Source: an uncultured Candidatus Saccharibacteria bacterium (GTDB lineage: Bacteria > Patescibacteriota > Saccharimonadia > CAILAD01 > BJGX01). Taken from it: a DNA stretch of 64,000 bases. Below, piece after piece: positions 1 to 9,676 of the stretch (the first letter of the stretch is position 1; each line of letters opens with the position of its first letter). Made by a program: the position numbers and the translations under genes. Under the pieces are notes generated by a model, which saw only the letters and a program-made list of their open reading frames with translations, made no database searches and was not told where the DNA came from. Where the stretch lies: assembly GCA_964552475.1 (NCBI GenBank), contig CAZKFZ010000001.1, positions 128,621 through 192,620 of the forward strand, given 5' to 3'.

Positions 1-782
1 GGTAGGTGGGTAATACGAACAGCCGAGTCTGTGGTGTTGACGCTTTGTCCGCCATGCCCACCAGCCCTGTACACATCTATACGTAAATCTTTGTTGTCAA
101 TATCAATATTTTCACTGACAATTTCGGGAATTACATCTACTAGGGCAAAAGAAGTTTGTCGCAAATTATCACTATTGTATGGAGATAATCGAACTAAACG
201 ATGCACTCCTTTTTCACATTTTAATTTTCCATAGGCAAATGGCCCGGCTATTCTTAAAGTTGTCGATTTTATACCAGCTTCTTCGCCGAAAGAGGTTTCT
301 AACATCTCTACGGTTAAACCATTAGAGTAGGCATATTTGATATACATCTGCTGAAGCATTTCGGTCCAATCTTGGGCGTCAGTACCACCAACACCAGCAG
401 AAAGTTGTAGAATTGCTGGGTTTTTGTCAAACTCGCCATTTAGTTTAACAGCTATCAGAATTTGTGCAGTGCGTTCCTGTAAGAGTTTGGCAACATTAGT
501 AAACTCTTTGTTGGCAGTTTCATTGTTTGTCTCCATCAGGGCAAGATCTAAGGTGGTTTGTAGCTCATCACGAATATCAAACCAACCAGCTATGTATTTC
601 TTTAGATCTGCTGCTTCACGACTTATTTTTTCTGCTTTTTCAGAATCATCCCAAAATCCAGGTTCACTTATTTGCTCTTCTAGGTTTTGAAGTAGTTTTT
701 TTTCACCCTCAATATTCAGTTGCTTAATAGCTATATCAACCGACTCTAAGAGCTCAGAAAGTTGCTTTATAATATTCTTCAT
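1..782 (-). CDS. prfB: Peptide chain release factor 2 (RF2), C-terminally truncated by the window edge
   Basis: Minus-strand translation from ATG 782..780 reads MKNIIKQLSELLESVD... through ...RLVRLSPYNSDNLRQTSFALVDV...GGQSVNTTDSAVRITHLP. The SPF/Y and GGQ motifs are diagnostic of RF2; the reading frame is open to position 1. Confidence 0.9.
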   Translation of the reverse strand, partial: MKNIIKQLSELLESVDIAIKQLNIEGEKKLLQNLEEQISEPGFWDDSEKAEKISREAADLKKYIAGWFDIRDELQTTLDLALMETNNETANKEFTNVAKLLQERTAQILIAVKLNGEFDKNPAILQLSAGVGGTDAQDWTEMLQQMYIKYAYSNGLTVEMLETSFGEEAGIKSTTLRIAGPFAYGKLKCEKGVHRLVRLSPYNSDNLRQTSFALVDVIPEIVSENIDIDNKDLRIDVYRAGGHGGQSVNTTDSAVRITHL

Positions 783-840
783 TACTACATTATACAGTAA
801 GCTCGCACAGTATTTGTAAACTTAATAGTCTGTAGAGTCT

Positions 841-869
841 TTGCACACATTGTGCTTTTGCTCTACAAT
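841..869 (+). promoter_or_regulatory. Candidate sigma70-type promoter upstream of ftsE (TTGCAC-17 bp-TACAAT)
   Basis: TTGCAC at 841-846, 17-bp spacer, TACAAT at 864-869, immediately upstream of the ftsE start region. Confidence 0.35.
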
Positions 870-876
870 GGAGTAT

Positions 877-1557
877 ATGATTCTATTAGATAGAGTCTCG
901 GTAATGTACCCGAATAAAACGGTTGCGTTGTCAGGTGTCTCACTCCATATTAATCCAAAAGAATTTGTTACTATTGTCGGTGCCTCAGGGGCCGGCAAAA
1001 GTACACTTATACGTCTTTTAATAAAAGAAGAAATGCCTACTAGCGGCAAGATTATAGTAGGCAGTATAGACTATGACACTATCGATAAGGCTAATATTCC
1101 TCATTTGCGTAGAAGGATAGGTGTGGTATTTCAGGATTTTAAACTTTTACCAAACATGACTGTCTTTGAAAATGTTGCATTTGCGCTTGAGGTATCTGGG
1201 GTTAGCACCAAAGAGATTAAAAGAGCAGTGCCCAAAATTCTTCAGCTAGTAGGCTTGAGCGAGAAAATGCACTCATACCCAAGTGAGTTATCTGGTGGTG
1301 AAAAACAACGCACGGCTATTGCCAGAGCACTCGTAAGAAACCCCAAGATTTTAATTGCCGACGAACCGACTGGTAATTTAGACCCCAAAAACTCTTGGGA
1401 TATTATCGAGTTGTTATTAAAAATCAATCGTTTTGGGACCACAGTACTGCTTACAACCCACAATAAAGAGATTGTTGATGCTCTTAAGAAACGCGTTATT
1501 ACTATTAATCGCGGTAGAATTGTAAAAGACGCTAAAATAGGAAAATACTCACTATGA
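877..1557 (+). CDS. ftsE: Cell division ABC transporter ATP-binding protein FtsE
   Basis: Walker A GASGAGKST, ABC signature LSGGEKQR and Walker B ILIADEP. The track ORF starts at TTG 841; the likely start is ATG 877 (MILLDRVSVMY), or possibly 868. A 4-nt overlap with the downstream ftsX is typical of ftsEX. Confidence 0.9.
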   Translation: MILLDRVSVMYPNKTVALSGVSLHINPKEFVTIVGASGAGKSTLIRLLIKEEMPTSGKIIVGSIDYDTIDKANIPHLRRRIGVVFQDFKLLPNMTVFENVAFALEVSGVSTKEIKRAVPKILQLVGLSEKMHSYPSELSGGEKQRTAIARALVRNPKILIADEPTGNLDPKNSWDIIELLLKINRFGTTVLLTTHNKEIVDALKKRVITINRGRIVKDAKIGKYSL

Positions 1558-2468
1558 CCACCTTTTTACGAATTTGGCGATCTGGCTTTAGGAATATCTT
1601 TAGAAATGCATGGCTAAGCACAGCCGCTACCGCGATCATGGTGGTAACTATTCTTATTATGACCTTTTTTGCATTCTCTTCTGTATTTGTACGCACCCAA
1701 CTTGCACAAGTAAGAGAAAAAATTGATTTGAGTATATTTTTATCAGATGACGCTACACAAAAACAGATAGAGAGCTTACAAGCCAAAATAAGCACCCTTG
1801 AAAACGTAGATTCGGTTACTTTTGTCACAAAAACCGATGCTCTCAAGCGTCTTCAAAGCTCTAGTTCTGAAGGTGAAAAATTAGCAAAATCTGCCGAGAG
1901 CATTGGTAATCCACTACCGGCGAGTTTCGAGGTAAAGCTTGTTAATATAGACAAGATTTCAGATACTAATGGTGTAATTAGATCTCTAGAAGAAGCCAAA
2001 ATAATAACCGAAACTAGTTTTGACAATCGTGACGACAATCGACGAGGTGTAGTAGAGAATATTATTAAAATTAGCAATTCGGTGAGTAGGATAGGCTTAA
2101 TACTTAGCATTGTATTTTTAGTGATAGCTCTTTTGATTATTTTTAATACCATAAGAATGGCTATTTTTACTAGAAGGGAAGAGGTTGAAATTATGAAGTT
2201 GGTGGGAGCTACCAAGTGGTTTATACGTGGGCCGTTTTTAGTAGAAGGTAGTTTGTACGGTATATTTGGAGCCATTATTTCCTTAATTTTAATTGTGCCA
2301 TTCGCAAGAGCAATCACGCCATTTTTAATAGAAAAACTCGGTGCAGGCCCATCACTTGACTATTTTGTTGCACATTTTTGGCTAGTAGCAATAGGCATGT
2401 TCACTGTTGGTATATTTATTGGTGTGGTATCTAGCTGGCTTGCTCTGATTCGTTATCTAAAGATTTAA
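1554..2468 (+). CDS. ftsX: Cell division permease FtsX
   Basis: 304 aa with an N-terminal TM, a periplasmic loop and a C-terminal 3-TM FtsX-like permease domain; translationally coupled to ftsE by ATGA overlap. Confidence 0.85.
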   Translation: MTTFLRIWRSGFRNIFRNAWLSTAATAIMVVTILIMTFFAFSSVFVRTQLAQVREKIDLSIFLSDDATQKQIESLQAKISTLENVDSVTFVTKTDALKRLQSSSSEGEKLAKSAESIGNPLPASFEVKLVNIDKISDTNGVIRSLEEAKIITETSFDNRDDNRRGVVENIIKISNSVSRIGLILSIVFLVIALLIIFNTIRMAIFTRREEVEIMKLVGATKWFIRGPFLVEGSLYGIFGAIISLILIVPFARAITPFLIEKLGAGPSLDYFVAHFWLVAIGMFTVGIFIGVVSSWLALIRYLKI

Positions 2469-2548
2469 TATCTACAAAAATTGCTTGAACATAAGCGTAT
2501 TGCATGATATACTATAAGCAATGTCTATAGGAGGGCAGCAGAAAAAAT

Positions 2549-3643
2549 ATGCTAACACAATTAAATAGCGCAAAAACAAAAATCATGGCAACACTTTTTG
2601 TGGTGGTTTTTTTAGTTTCTATATTTGCAGCTAGAATTACTCACGCTGATCAATTTGACGACCAGATAAATGTTCTTAAGCAAAAGGTTCAGCAGAGTCA
2701 GGCGGCCGCTGATCAAAAAGCCGGTGAAGCCGGCACGCTAAAAGCTAAGCTTTCTGGTATAGATGCCCAGATTAATGCTGCTCAAGCTCAGCTTAATCTT
2801 ACAAATTCCGAAATTTCTGCAACTCAAGCCAGAATAGACGCTGCCAACAAAGATCTTGATCGACAAAAATCTATCTTACGCCAAAATATTAAGTTAATTT
2901 ACAAAGAAGGTAGTGTTAGTCCGATAGAGATTATCGCCTCTAGTAGTAGTTTGAGTGACTTTGTTGCTAAACAAGAATATCTATCGGCTATTAAGAATAA
3001 AATAGATGAAAATCTAGAAAAAATTGATGCTCTCAAAAAAGAACTAGACAGCAAGAAAGACCAACTCACAGCATTATCTACTCAGCAAAAAGCAGTTTAT
3101 GATCAAATAGCATCACAGCGCGCTGAGCAACAAAGCCTCCTTGCTAGAACACAAGGTGATGAAGCTAAATACCGTGAGGTTGCCAACCAAGATAACGCCA
3201 AGATAGCTGAGTTGCGTCGTCAGCAGGCGGCAATTATTTCTTCATTTTCTAGTAACGTAAGATATGGTGGTAGTGGTGGATATCCTTGGGCAGGAGCACC
3301 ATTCCCTAACACATTAGCTGATCCCTGGGGTATGTATCAGAGGCAGTGTGTTAGCTATACCGCCTGGAAAGTGGCTTCAACCGGACGACATATGCCCTAC
3401 TGGGGTGGGCGCGGTAATGCAGCTCAATGGCCCGGCAATGCTCGAGCGGCTGGCATACCTGTAGACGGTAGTCCTAGAGTTGGAGATGTTGCCATCTCTA
3501 CAGCTGGCTATTATGGTCACGCTATGTACGTAGAAGCCGTAAATAGTGGAACGGTACGGGTTAGTCAATATAATGCTAACTGGGATGGAGCATACTCAAC
3601 TAGTGATGTTTCGATAGCTGGGCTACAGTTTATACATTTTTAA
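2549..3643 (+). CDS. Secreted coiled-coil peptidoglycan hydrolase with C-terminal CHAP domain (PcsB/EnvC-like partner of FtsEX)
   Basis: N-terminal signal/TM anchor, a long Q/A-rich coiled coil (LSGIDAQINAAQAQLNL...), and a C-terminal CHAP domain with catalytic Cys in QCVSYTAWKV and His in GHAMYVEAVN. AGGAGG Shine-Dalgarno upstream; position directly after ftsEX. Confidence 0.75.
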   Translation: MLTQLNSAKTKIMATLFVVVFLVSIFAARITHADQFDDQINVLKQKVQQSQAAADQKAGEAGTLKAKLSGIDAQINAAQAQLNLTNSEISATQARIDAANKDLDRQKSILRQNIKLIYKEGSVSPIEIIASSSSLSDFVAKQEYLSAIKNKIDENLEKIDALKKELDSKKDQLTALSTQQKAVYDQIASQRAEQQSLLARTQGDEAKYREVANQDNAKIAELRRQQAAIISSFSSNVRYGGSGGYPWAGAPFPNTLADPWGMYQRQCVSYTAWKVASTGRHMPYWGGRGNAAQWPGNARAAGIPVDGSPRVGDVAISTAGYYGHAMYVEAVNSGTVRVSQYNANWDGAYSTSDVSIAGLQFIHF

Positions 3644-3664
3644 TAAAACCCATAAAAAAAGTTT

Positions 3665-4921
3665 ATGAAAAACAATCCAGAATCATATGCGGATAATCCT
3701 ATAATATCTAAAAAATTACACAAAACAATCTGGCCAACCATAATTGTAGGCGTTGTGTTTTTTGCTTTAGGATTTTTATTGAATGCCTCAATTGTTAGAG
3801 TTCAAATAGGCTCCAGCTTACAATCAAAAAACTCCATAGATCTAACGAAGTTTTGGCAAGTAAATGACATACTGCACAAAAAATTTGATGGAGATATTTC
3901 TGCCGAAAAGCAGTCTGAGGGTGCTATTACCGGCATGGTAGCTAGTCTTGGCGATCCATACACCACTTACTTGACCGAAAAAGAAAACAATGAGTTAAGC
4001 GACCAGCTAAGCGGTAAATTAAGTGGTATTGGTATTGAGGTGGGCATTAAGAACAATCGACTCACCGTAATTGCGCCGATAGATGGTTCTCCTGCCCAAA
4101 AGGCTGGATTAAGAGCGGGCGATATTATAGCTGCTGTTGATGGACAAGATACTAGTAGTATGACCGTTGATGAAGCCGTGCACAAAATACGAGGGCAAAA
4201 GGGTACAGATGTGAAGTTGACAATTTTACGACCCGGTAACTCCTCTAAAGACATAACAATTACTAGAGACGATATTACCGTACCAAGTGTGAGCTCAGAA
4301 ATAAAACCAGGCAGTATAGGTTATATTAAAATTAGCACCTTCGGAGACAATACAGTTGCCGATGTTGATAAGGCTGCTGAAAGCTTGTCTAGCCAGGGTG
4401 CCAAGGCAATAATTGTAGATGTTCGTGACAACCCTGGCGGTTATCTTGATGCCGCTGTTAAGATTAGTTCTGAATTTTTAAGCAATGGTACGGTAGTAGA
4501 AGAGAGATCGAAGCATTCGGAAAATAAGGTTCTAACCGCTATACCTGGAGGAAAGCTTACTAATGTTCCAGTAATTTTGCTTATTAATGGTGGTTCGGCT
4601 TCGGCATCTGAAATTATGGCGGGCGCATTACACGATAACGGCAGAGCTACACTTGTAGGAGAAAAAACCTATGGCAAGGGTAGTGTTCAAGAAATAATCT
4701 GCCTAAGTTCTGGTATATTTGGTTTGAGCGGAGGTGAGTGCAAGGGCGACTCATTAAAGGTTACTGTGGCGCACTGGTTCACCCCAAAGGGTGTAAATAT
4801 CAGCAAGGAAGGCATTGCTCCTGATGTTGAGGTTAAACTAACGGGCGACGACTATAACGCCAATCGAGACCCGCAACTTAACAAGGCATTAGAGTTGGCT
4901 ACTCAAAAGGTTAATCAGTAA
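3665..4921 (+). CDS. C-terminal processing (tail-specific) protease, S41 family, with PDZ domain and N-terminal membrane anchor
   Basis: PDZ region (GIGIEVG...GSPAQKAGLRAGDII), catalytic Ser motif GGSASASE and Lys motif TYGKGSVQ typical of CtpA/Prc. Confidence 0.8.
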   Translation: MKNNPESYADNPIISKKLHKTIWPTIIVGVVFFALGFLLNASIVRVQIGSSLQSKNSIDLTKFWQVNDILHKKFDGDISAEKQSEGAITGMVASLGDPYTTYLTEKENNELSDQLSGKLSGIGIEVGIKNNRLTVIAPIDGSPAQKAGLRAGDIIAAVDGQDTSSMTVDEAVHKIRGQKGTDVKLTILRPGNSSKDITITRDDITVPSVSSEIKPGSIGYIKISTFGDNTVADVDKAAESLSSQGAKAIIVDVRDNPGGYLDAAVKISSEFLSNGTVVEERSKHSENKVLTAIPGGKLTNVPVILLINGGSASASEIMAGALHDNGRATLVGEKTYGKGSVQEIICLSSGIFGLSGGECKGDSLKVTVAHWFTPKGVNISKEGIAPDVEVKLTGDDYNANRDPQLNKALELATQKVNQ

Positions 4922-4922
4922 T

Positions 4923-5336
4923 ATGAACAATTATATTGAAATTCTTGACCTAGTAGATGAAGACGACAAAGTAATTAACACTCTTAGCCGCGATAAAATA
5001 TATAAAAATGGTCTAAAATATGTTCGAGTGGTAGAAGGTTTTATAAAGAATAGCTCAGGTAAAATTTGGATACCCGTAAGACACGGAGATAAGCGTATTG
5101 CACCAGGCGGTTTTGACATAGGAGTGGGTGGTCATGTTGAGCATGGTGAAACGTACTTACAAGCATTTAGAAAAGAAACCCAAGAAGAGCTTGGCTGGAA
5201 TATTGACACCATGAATTATCGCAAAGTTGATAAGTTTGGTCCAAAAGATGGGCTAAATACTGTTTCTATGGTTTACGAAATAATGACCGATACAAGTCCT
5301 GAACTTAATTCTGATGATTTTATAAGTGCAAGGTGA
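4923..5336 (+). CDS. Nudix hydrolase
   Basis: Nudix box GGHVEHGETYLQAFRKETQEELG (GX5EX7REUXEEXGU pattern). Confidence 0.7.
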   Translation: MNNYIEILDLVDEDDKVINTLSRDKIYKNGLKYVRVVEGFIKNSSGKIWIPVRHGDKRIAPGGFDIGVGGHVEHGETYLQAFRKETQEELGWNIDTMNYRKVDKFGPKDGLNTVSMVYEIMTDTSPELNSDDFISAR

Positions 5337-5438
5337 TACTCTCCATAAGAAGTGGTTGATAAAATAAAGTCCGGACACAAGGCTAAATCGAACTTACTGA
5401 AATTATTACAGCTTGTATATGACGTTAAGTAAAAAGTA

Positions 5439-5468
5439 TTGCATATATATCCACATAAGCGGTATGAT
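5439..5468 (+). promoter_or_regulatory. Candidate promoter of pyrG (TTGCAT-18 bp-TATGAT)
   Basis: TTGCAT 5439-5444, TATGAT 5463-5468; a GAGGGGAG Shine-Dalgarno lies 8 nt upstream of the pyrG ATG. Confidence 0.4.
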
Positions 5469-5506
5469 AGAAAAAACGTAAGTGAGTCGAGGGGAGTTAT
5501 TTATAT

Positions 5507-7153
5507 ATGCCAAGCAAAACAAAAAAACAAGTTAAGTACATATTTGTAACCGGTGGGGTCGTTTCAGGACTCGGTAAGGGCATCACCGCAGCAAGCCTCG
5601 GCAGAATTCTTAAAGCCCGAGGCTTTTTAGTAAATATGCAAAAGTGCGACCCATATCTAAACACTGATGCTGGCACCCTAAACCCTGCCGAGCACGGTGA
5701 GGTATTTGTTACCCACGACGGTGCCGAAACCGACCTTGACCTCGGACATTACGAACGATTTATTAATAATGAACTTAGTAAGTCTAGCTCGGTAATCTCT
5801 GGACAAATATTTAGTCAAGTAATTACTAATGAACGCAAAGGTTTATACCTTGGTAAGACGGTTCAAATCATACCTCACGTTACCAGTGAGATACAGCGAC
5901 GAATCATAGAAGCTGGTAAGGGTTTCGATATTCATATTGTAGAGATTGGGGGTACCGTAGGTGATTACGAAGCTATGGCCTTTATTGAGGCTATTAGGCA
6001 AATGAAACACAGAGTAGGTGCCGAAAATGTTTTATATGCACACTTAGTATTTTTGCCATATTTAGAAACTAGTAAAGAAGTGAAAACAAAGCCGGCTCAA
6101 AACAGTGTTCGCGATCTAAGAGAGGCTGGCATACAACCAGACGTATTATTTGTGCGCACCGACCATGCAATTACAGCCGATGCACTCGAAAAACTTAGTC
6201 TGTATTGCGATGTAGAAAAGGATGCTATTGTTGGTCTAGAAACGGCACACACAGTATATGAAGTCCCAATAAGGATGGAAGAGACTGGAATTGGGCACTA
6301 TATTACTAAAAAACTTGGATTTACTAAAAAAACTGCAAATCTATTGGAATGGTCTAATTTGGTAGACAGTGTATATAAACCAAAACAAGAAATAGTAGTT
6401 GGTGTGGTTGCAAAATATATGAGTCACGAAGACACCTACATGAGTGTTTTTGAAGCGCTACGTTCGGCTGGATGGCATCACAACCGTAGTGTCAAAATTA
6501 AATGGATAAATGCCGAAGATCTAGGATCAATAGAAAGTAGCTTAAAAGATATTGATGGGGTAGTAGTGCCAGGTGGTTTTGGTAGCAGAGGAGTGGAAGG
6601 CAAAATTTTGGCAGCACATTATGCTCGAACAAACAATCTGCCCTATTTAGGTCTTTGCCTTGGCATGCAGGTAGCAGTTATTGAATTTGCTAGAAATGTA
6701 TTAAATATAAAAGATGCTAACAGTGCCGAGATAGATCCCAACACAAAAAACCCGGTTATTCATATTATGCCAAGTCAAGTAGGTGTACAGCTAGGTGGAA
6801 CAATGAGACTAGGAAACTATAAATGTATTTTAAGTAAAAAGTCGCACGCCTATTTAGCGTATGGAAAAACCAGCGTCTTAGAGAGACATCGACATCGGTA
6901 CGAGTTTAATAATAGTTATAGAGATAAATTCGAGAAATCCGGCCTAGTACTTAGCGGATTAAGCCCAGATAAACAATTAGTTGAGGTAGTTGAGCTACCT
7001 AATCACGTATTTTTTGTGGCTAGCCAATTTCACCCTGAGTTTAAATCTCGACCCAACCATCCCCATCCATTATTTAAAGACTTTATTGGTGCATGTAGTA
7101 AAACTAGTGCACACAAACAAACTAAAAAAATAAGTTCAGTTAGTGGTTTGTAA
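5507..7153 (+). CDS. pyrG: CTP synthase
   Basis: N-terminus KYIFVTGGVVSGLGKGITAASLGRILKARG, a C-terminal glutamine amidotransferase domain (GLCLGMQ, catalytic Cys), 548 aa. Confidence 0.95.
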   Translation: MPSKTKKQVKYIFVTGGVVSGLGKGITAASLGRILKARGFLVNMQKCDPYLNTDAGTLNPAEHGEVFVTHDGAETDLDLGHYERFINNELSKSSSVISGQIFSQVITNERKGLYLGKTVQIIPHVTSEIQRRIIEAGKGFDIHIVEIGGTVGDYEAMAFIEAIRQMKHRVGAENVLYAHLVFLPYLETSKEVKTKPAQNSVRDLREAGIQPDVLFVRTDHAITADALEKLSLYCDVEKDAIVGLETAHTVYEVPIRMEETGIGHYITKKLGFTKKTANLLEWSNLVDSVYKPKQEIVVGVVAKYMSHEDTYMSVFEALRSAGWHHNRSVKIKWINAEDLGSIESSLKDIDGVVVPGGFGSRGVEGKILAAHYARTNNLPYLGLCLGMQVAVIEFARNVLNIKDANSAEIDPNTKNPVIHIMPSQVGVQLGGTMRLGNYKCILSKKSHAYLAYGKTSVLERHRHRYEFNNSYRDKFEKSGLVLSGLSPDKQLVEVVELPNHVFFVASQFHPEFKSRPNHPHPLFKDFIGACSKTSAHKQTKKISSVSGL

Positions 7154-7158
7154 AATAA

Positions 7159-7434
7159 CTAAGAAACTATATTAACAACGGTTTTACGTTGCTTAGCACC
7201 TGTAAAAGCAACTTTTCGTTTTTGAGAGAAGCTTACAAATCCTGCTTTGGTAGCAAAAATAGTAAAATCTTTACCTACTCCAACACCGACACCCGGTTGG
7301 TACTTGGTTCCGCGTTGACGTAACACTATATCGCCGGGTTTTACTTCTTGTCCGCCAAATAGCTTTACACCTAGTCTCTTAGATTGTGAATCGCGACCGT
7401 TCTTACTAGAACCGCCGGCTTTTGTATGTGACAT
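7159..7434 (-). CDS. rpmA: 50S ribosomal protein L27
   Basis: [29 protein letters not shown]...QRGTKYQPG, the canonical L27 sequence. Confidence 0.95.
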   Translation of the reverse strand: MSHTKAGGSSKNGRDSQSKRLGVKLFGGQEVKPGDIVLRQRGTKYQPGVGVGVGKDFTIFATKAGFVSFSQKRKVAFTGAKQRKTVVNIVS

Positions 7435-8595
7435 TTAATTCCTTTTTTTATTATTCAAAACTAATATCTGTCTACCTACAATTTGATTTGGTCTTTTATA
7501 GATCAAATCTTTGCTATCAACAGACTCAAACTGCTTAATAGTATAGCCTAGATTAACAATTTGGTCAACAATATTGAGCTTTTTTAAACCATCTTTAGTT
7601 TGCCAACAAGGCAAGGTAATAACTATACTTTCGGGTTTTCGTATTAAACCCTGCAGGTTCTTGAAAAAGCCTAAATACAAGTCAGCTAATTCTGATTTTA
7701 GAGTATTTAAAAAATCAACCGATGGGGGTTCTGATAACATCTTACCTAGATAGCCTTCTGTGACAATACAAAATCTTTCTTTTGGTAAATTAGTAATCTC
7801 AACAGCGTTTTTTTCAAAAACTTTATAAGGAGAGCTAATATCAAATTTTTCAGACAACCATAGTATGTTGTCTGAAGATGCTTTTATCATAGAAGTAGAA
7901 AGGTCTGACCCCCATGCAGCACTACCTCTTAACAAAGATTCTTGCATTACTACGCCACTACCACAAAATGGATCATAAACGACAGTGTCTTTAGTGACAC
8001 CCGCCAAATTTAGCATTATTTGAGCTAATTTTGGTGGAAACATTCCCACTTGCATATTACGTTTTGGTCTTCCAAAGTCTCTTAGAGCATAACTATCAAT
8101 ATCTTGTAGTTGAGTAGTTTTAGCTATTGTAAATTCCGAATTATCCTCAATGACCAATATCTCCATGCCATTTTTTAATAAATTATTATGTTTTACTTGA
8201 GCAGTATTTAGCTGTACTTTATTTGGCAAAACAAACCGACATTTTATATTATTTCTTTTTAAATTCTTTTTAATATTTATTAAGATATGTTTATAGCTTT
8301 TAGCGTCAATACTCTCACCATAAAAACTTACCCCAAAGTCAATTGAATTAACCGAGGTTTTATGGTAATGTTTAACAATTTGATCTGCTATGCTGTTGAT
8401 TAAGGTACCTTGCCCTCTAGTGGTCATAAGCACTTGACCTATTTTTATAACTGAGCCAAGAATGTCTATATTTTGCCCGAATGAGTCGTCAAAAATCACT
8501 GCGTTTTTACCAAGTTTTGCAACAATACCAAAAGCGCTCTCTGTCTCGGCGTATGCTAAGTTTTTTTCTCTACCAATGATAGCTATGTTTTGCAT
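7435..8595 (-). CDS. Putative class I SAM-dependent RNA methyltransferase (THUMP/RlmL/Trm14-like)
   Basis: SAM motif I VYDPFCGSGVVMQE preceded by MFPPKLAQIMLNLAG, resembling N2-G RNA methyltransferases; an N-terminal ~170-aa domain of unknown type. The stop abuts the rpmA start codon. Confidence 0.5.
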   Translation of the reverse strand: MQNIAIIGREKNLAYAETESAFGIVAKLGKNAVIFDDSFGQNIDILGSVIKIGQVLMTTRGQGTLINSIADQIVKHYHKTSVNSIDFGVSFYGESIDAKSYKHILINIKKNLKRNNIKCRFVLPNKVQLNTAQVKHNNLLKNGMEILVIEDNSEFTIAKTTQLQDIDSYALRDFGRPKRNMQVGMFPPKLAQIMLNLAGVTKDTVVYDPFCGSGVVMQESLLRGSAAWGSDLSTSMIKASSDNILWLSEKFDISSPYKVFEKNAVEITNLPKERFCIVTEGYLGKMLSEPPSVDFLNTLKSELADLYLGFFKNLQGLIRKPESIVITLPCWQTKDGLKKLNIVDQIVNLGYTIKQFESVDSKDLIYKRPNQIVGRQILVLNNKKRN

Positions 8596-8655
8596 AAAAA
8601 CAATTATATCTCAAAACTAACGCTAAAGGGGCAAATACGGTACAATGATAATAAT

Positions 8656-9675
8656 ATGAAATTACGTCATTTTATGTTTTTCGTTGCTTTAATAGTGGTG
8701 GTTGTGTTAGCCTACAACCAATTCCATCAGGTGCAGTCTTTTGGCCAACTTTTCTCACAGGTGAGGTGGTGGTTACTTATTTTAGCTATCCCTATTAGGT
8801 ACTTCTACTATAGAAGTAATGCTAAATATTTTGAAAGTTTTTTTGCTATATTTAAACAAAAAACTGGTTTTGGTGAACTCACTGAGGCCACAATTACCAT
8901 GAACTTCGTAAATATTGTTTTTCCATCTGGTGGCATATCGGGTATCTCTTATATTCGTAAAGTATTAGATGGTAAAGTTAGTTCATCAAACGTCACTCTG
9001 GCTCAACTAAGCTGGTATTTACTAAGTTTTGTAGCTTATCTAGTTTTCTTACTTGGTGCGTTCGTTTTACTGCTATTATCAAACCAGGTTATAAGAATAA
9101 GTTCGCGTATTATTATCTTGGTGCTATTTATAGTAATTACAATAAGTATCGCTATACTCACCTTTATTTTTAACCCCAAGTTTATTGCCAGTATAGCGGT
9201 GGTTGCTGCAAAACCTGTTAATCGAGTATTAAAGCTTATTAGAAAACGAGTATTTGGAAAAGAAAGAATAAGAAATTTCTTAGAACAGTTACACGACTCT
9301 ATCTTGTTTTTAAGATCTCATAGGAGCGAGTTGGGCAAACCTTTCTTATATACCTGTTTGATGGTTTTTTGGGATCTAGCAACTATATACTTGGTGTTTG
9401 TAGCATTTGGTCAGGTTGTGAACCCGGGAATAATTATGGCTGGTTATGTAATTGCACTAATTTCTTCTTTGGCCGCTATCGTCACTGCCGGTATTGGCGT
9501 GTATGAAGCAGCGATGGTGGCAACTTTTGTAGGTTTAAATATTCCGTTTGACATCGCTTTCGCTGTGACAATTCTTTATAGGGTAATATCATTGTGGTTA
9601 TTTGTACCCGTTGGATTATTGTTTTATAAAAGAACATTACTTGGTAAGAAGTCGACAACAGGTAAGAGTAAATAA
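8656..9675 (+). CDS. Polytopic membrane protein (possibly UPF0104/flippase-like family)
   Basis: ~8 predicted TM helices and basic loops. The track ORF starts at TTG 8590; the first ATG is 8656 (MKLRHFMFFVAL), with TACAAT 11 nt upstream. Confidence 0.4.
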   Translation: MKLRHFMFFVALIVVVVLAYNQFHQVQSFGQLFSQVRWWLLILAIPIRYFYYRSNAKYFESFFAIFKQKTGFGELTEATITMNFVNIVFPSGGISGISYIRKVLDGKVSSSNVTLAQLSWYLLSFVAYLVFLLGAFVLLLLSNQVIRISSRIIILVLFIVITISIAILTFIFNPKFIASIAVVAAKPVNRVLKLIRKRVFGKERIRNFLEQLHDSILFLRSHRSELGKPFLYTCLMVFWDLATIYLVFVAFGQVVNPGIIMAGYVIALISSLAAIVTAGIGVYEAAMVATFVGLNIPFDIAFAVTILYRVISLWLFVPVGLLFYKRTLLGKKSTTGKSK

Positions 9676-9676
9676 T

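Noticed and set aside
31-234. 67-aa plus-strand ORF at the window start
   Set aside because: It lies antisense inside the clearly coding minus-strand prfB gene (GGQ/SPY motifs) and is cysteine-, proline- and serine-rich reverse-frame noise.
1853-2317. Minus-strand ORFs of 150-220 aa embedded antisense in ftsX (1853-2317), xseA (10219-10686), mreB (15494-16156) and topA (43550-43954)
   Set aside because: Each lies entirely within a well-supported gene on the opposite strand and has low-complexity, motif-free translations. They are typical antisense shadow ORFs.
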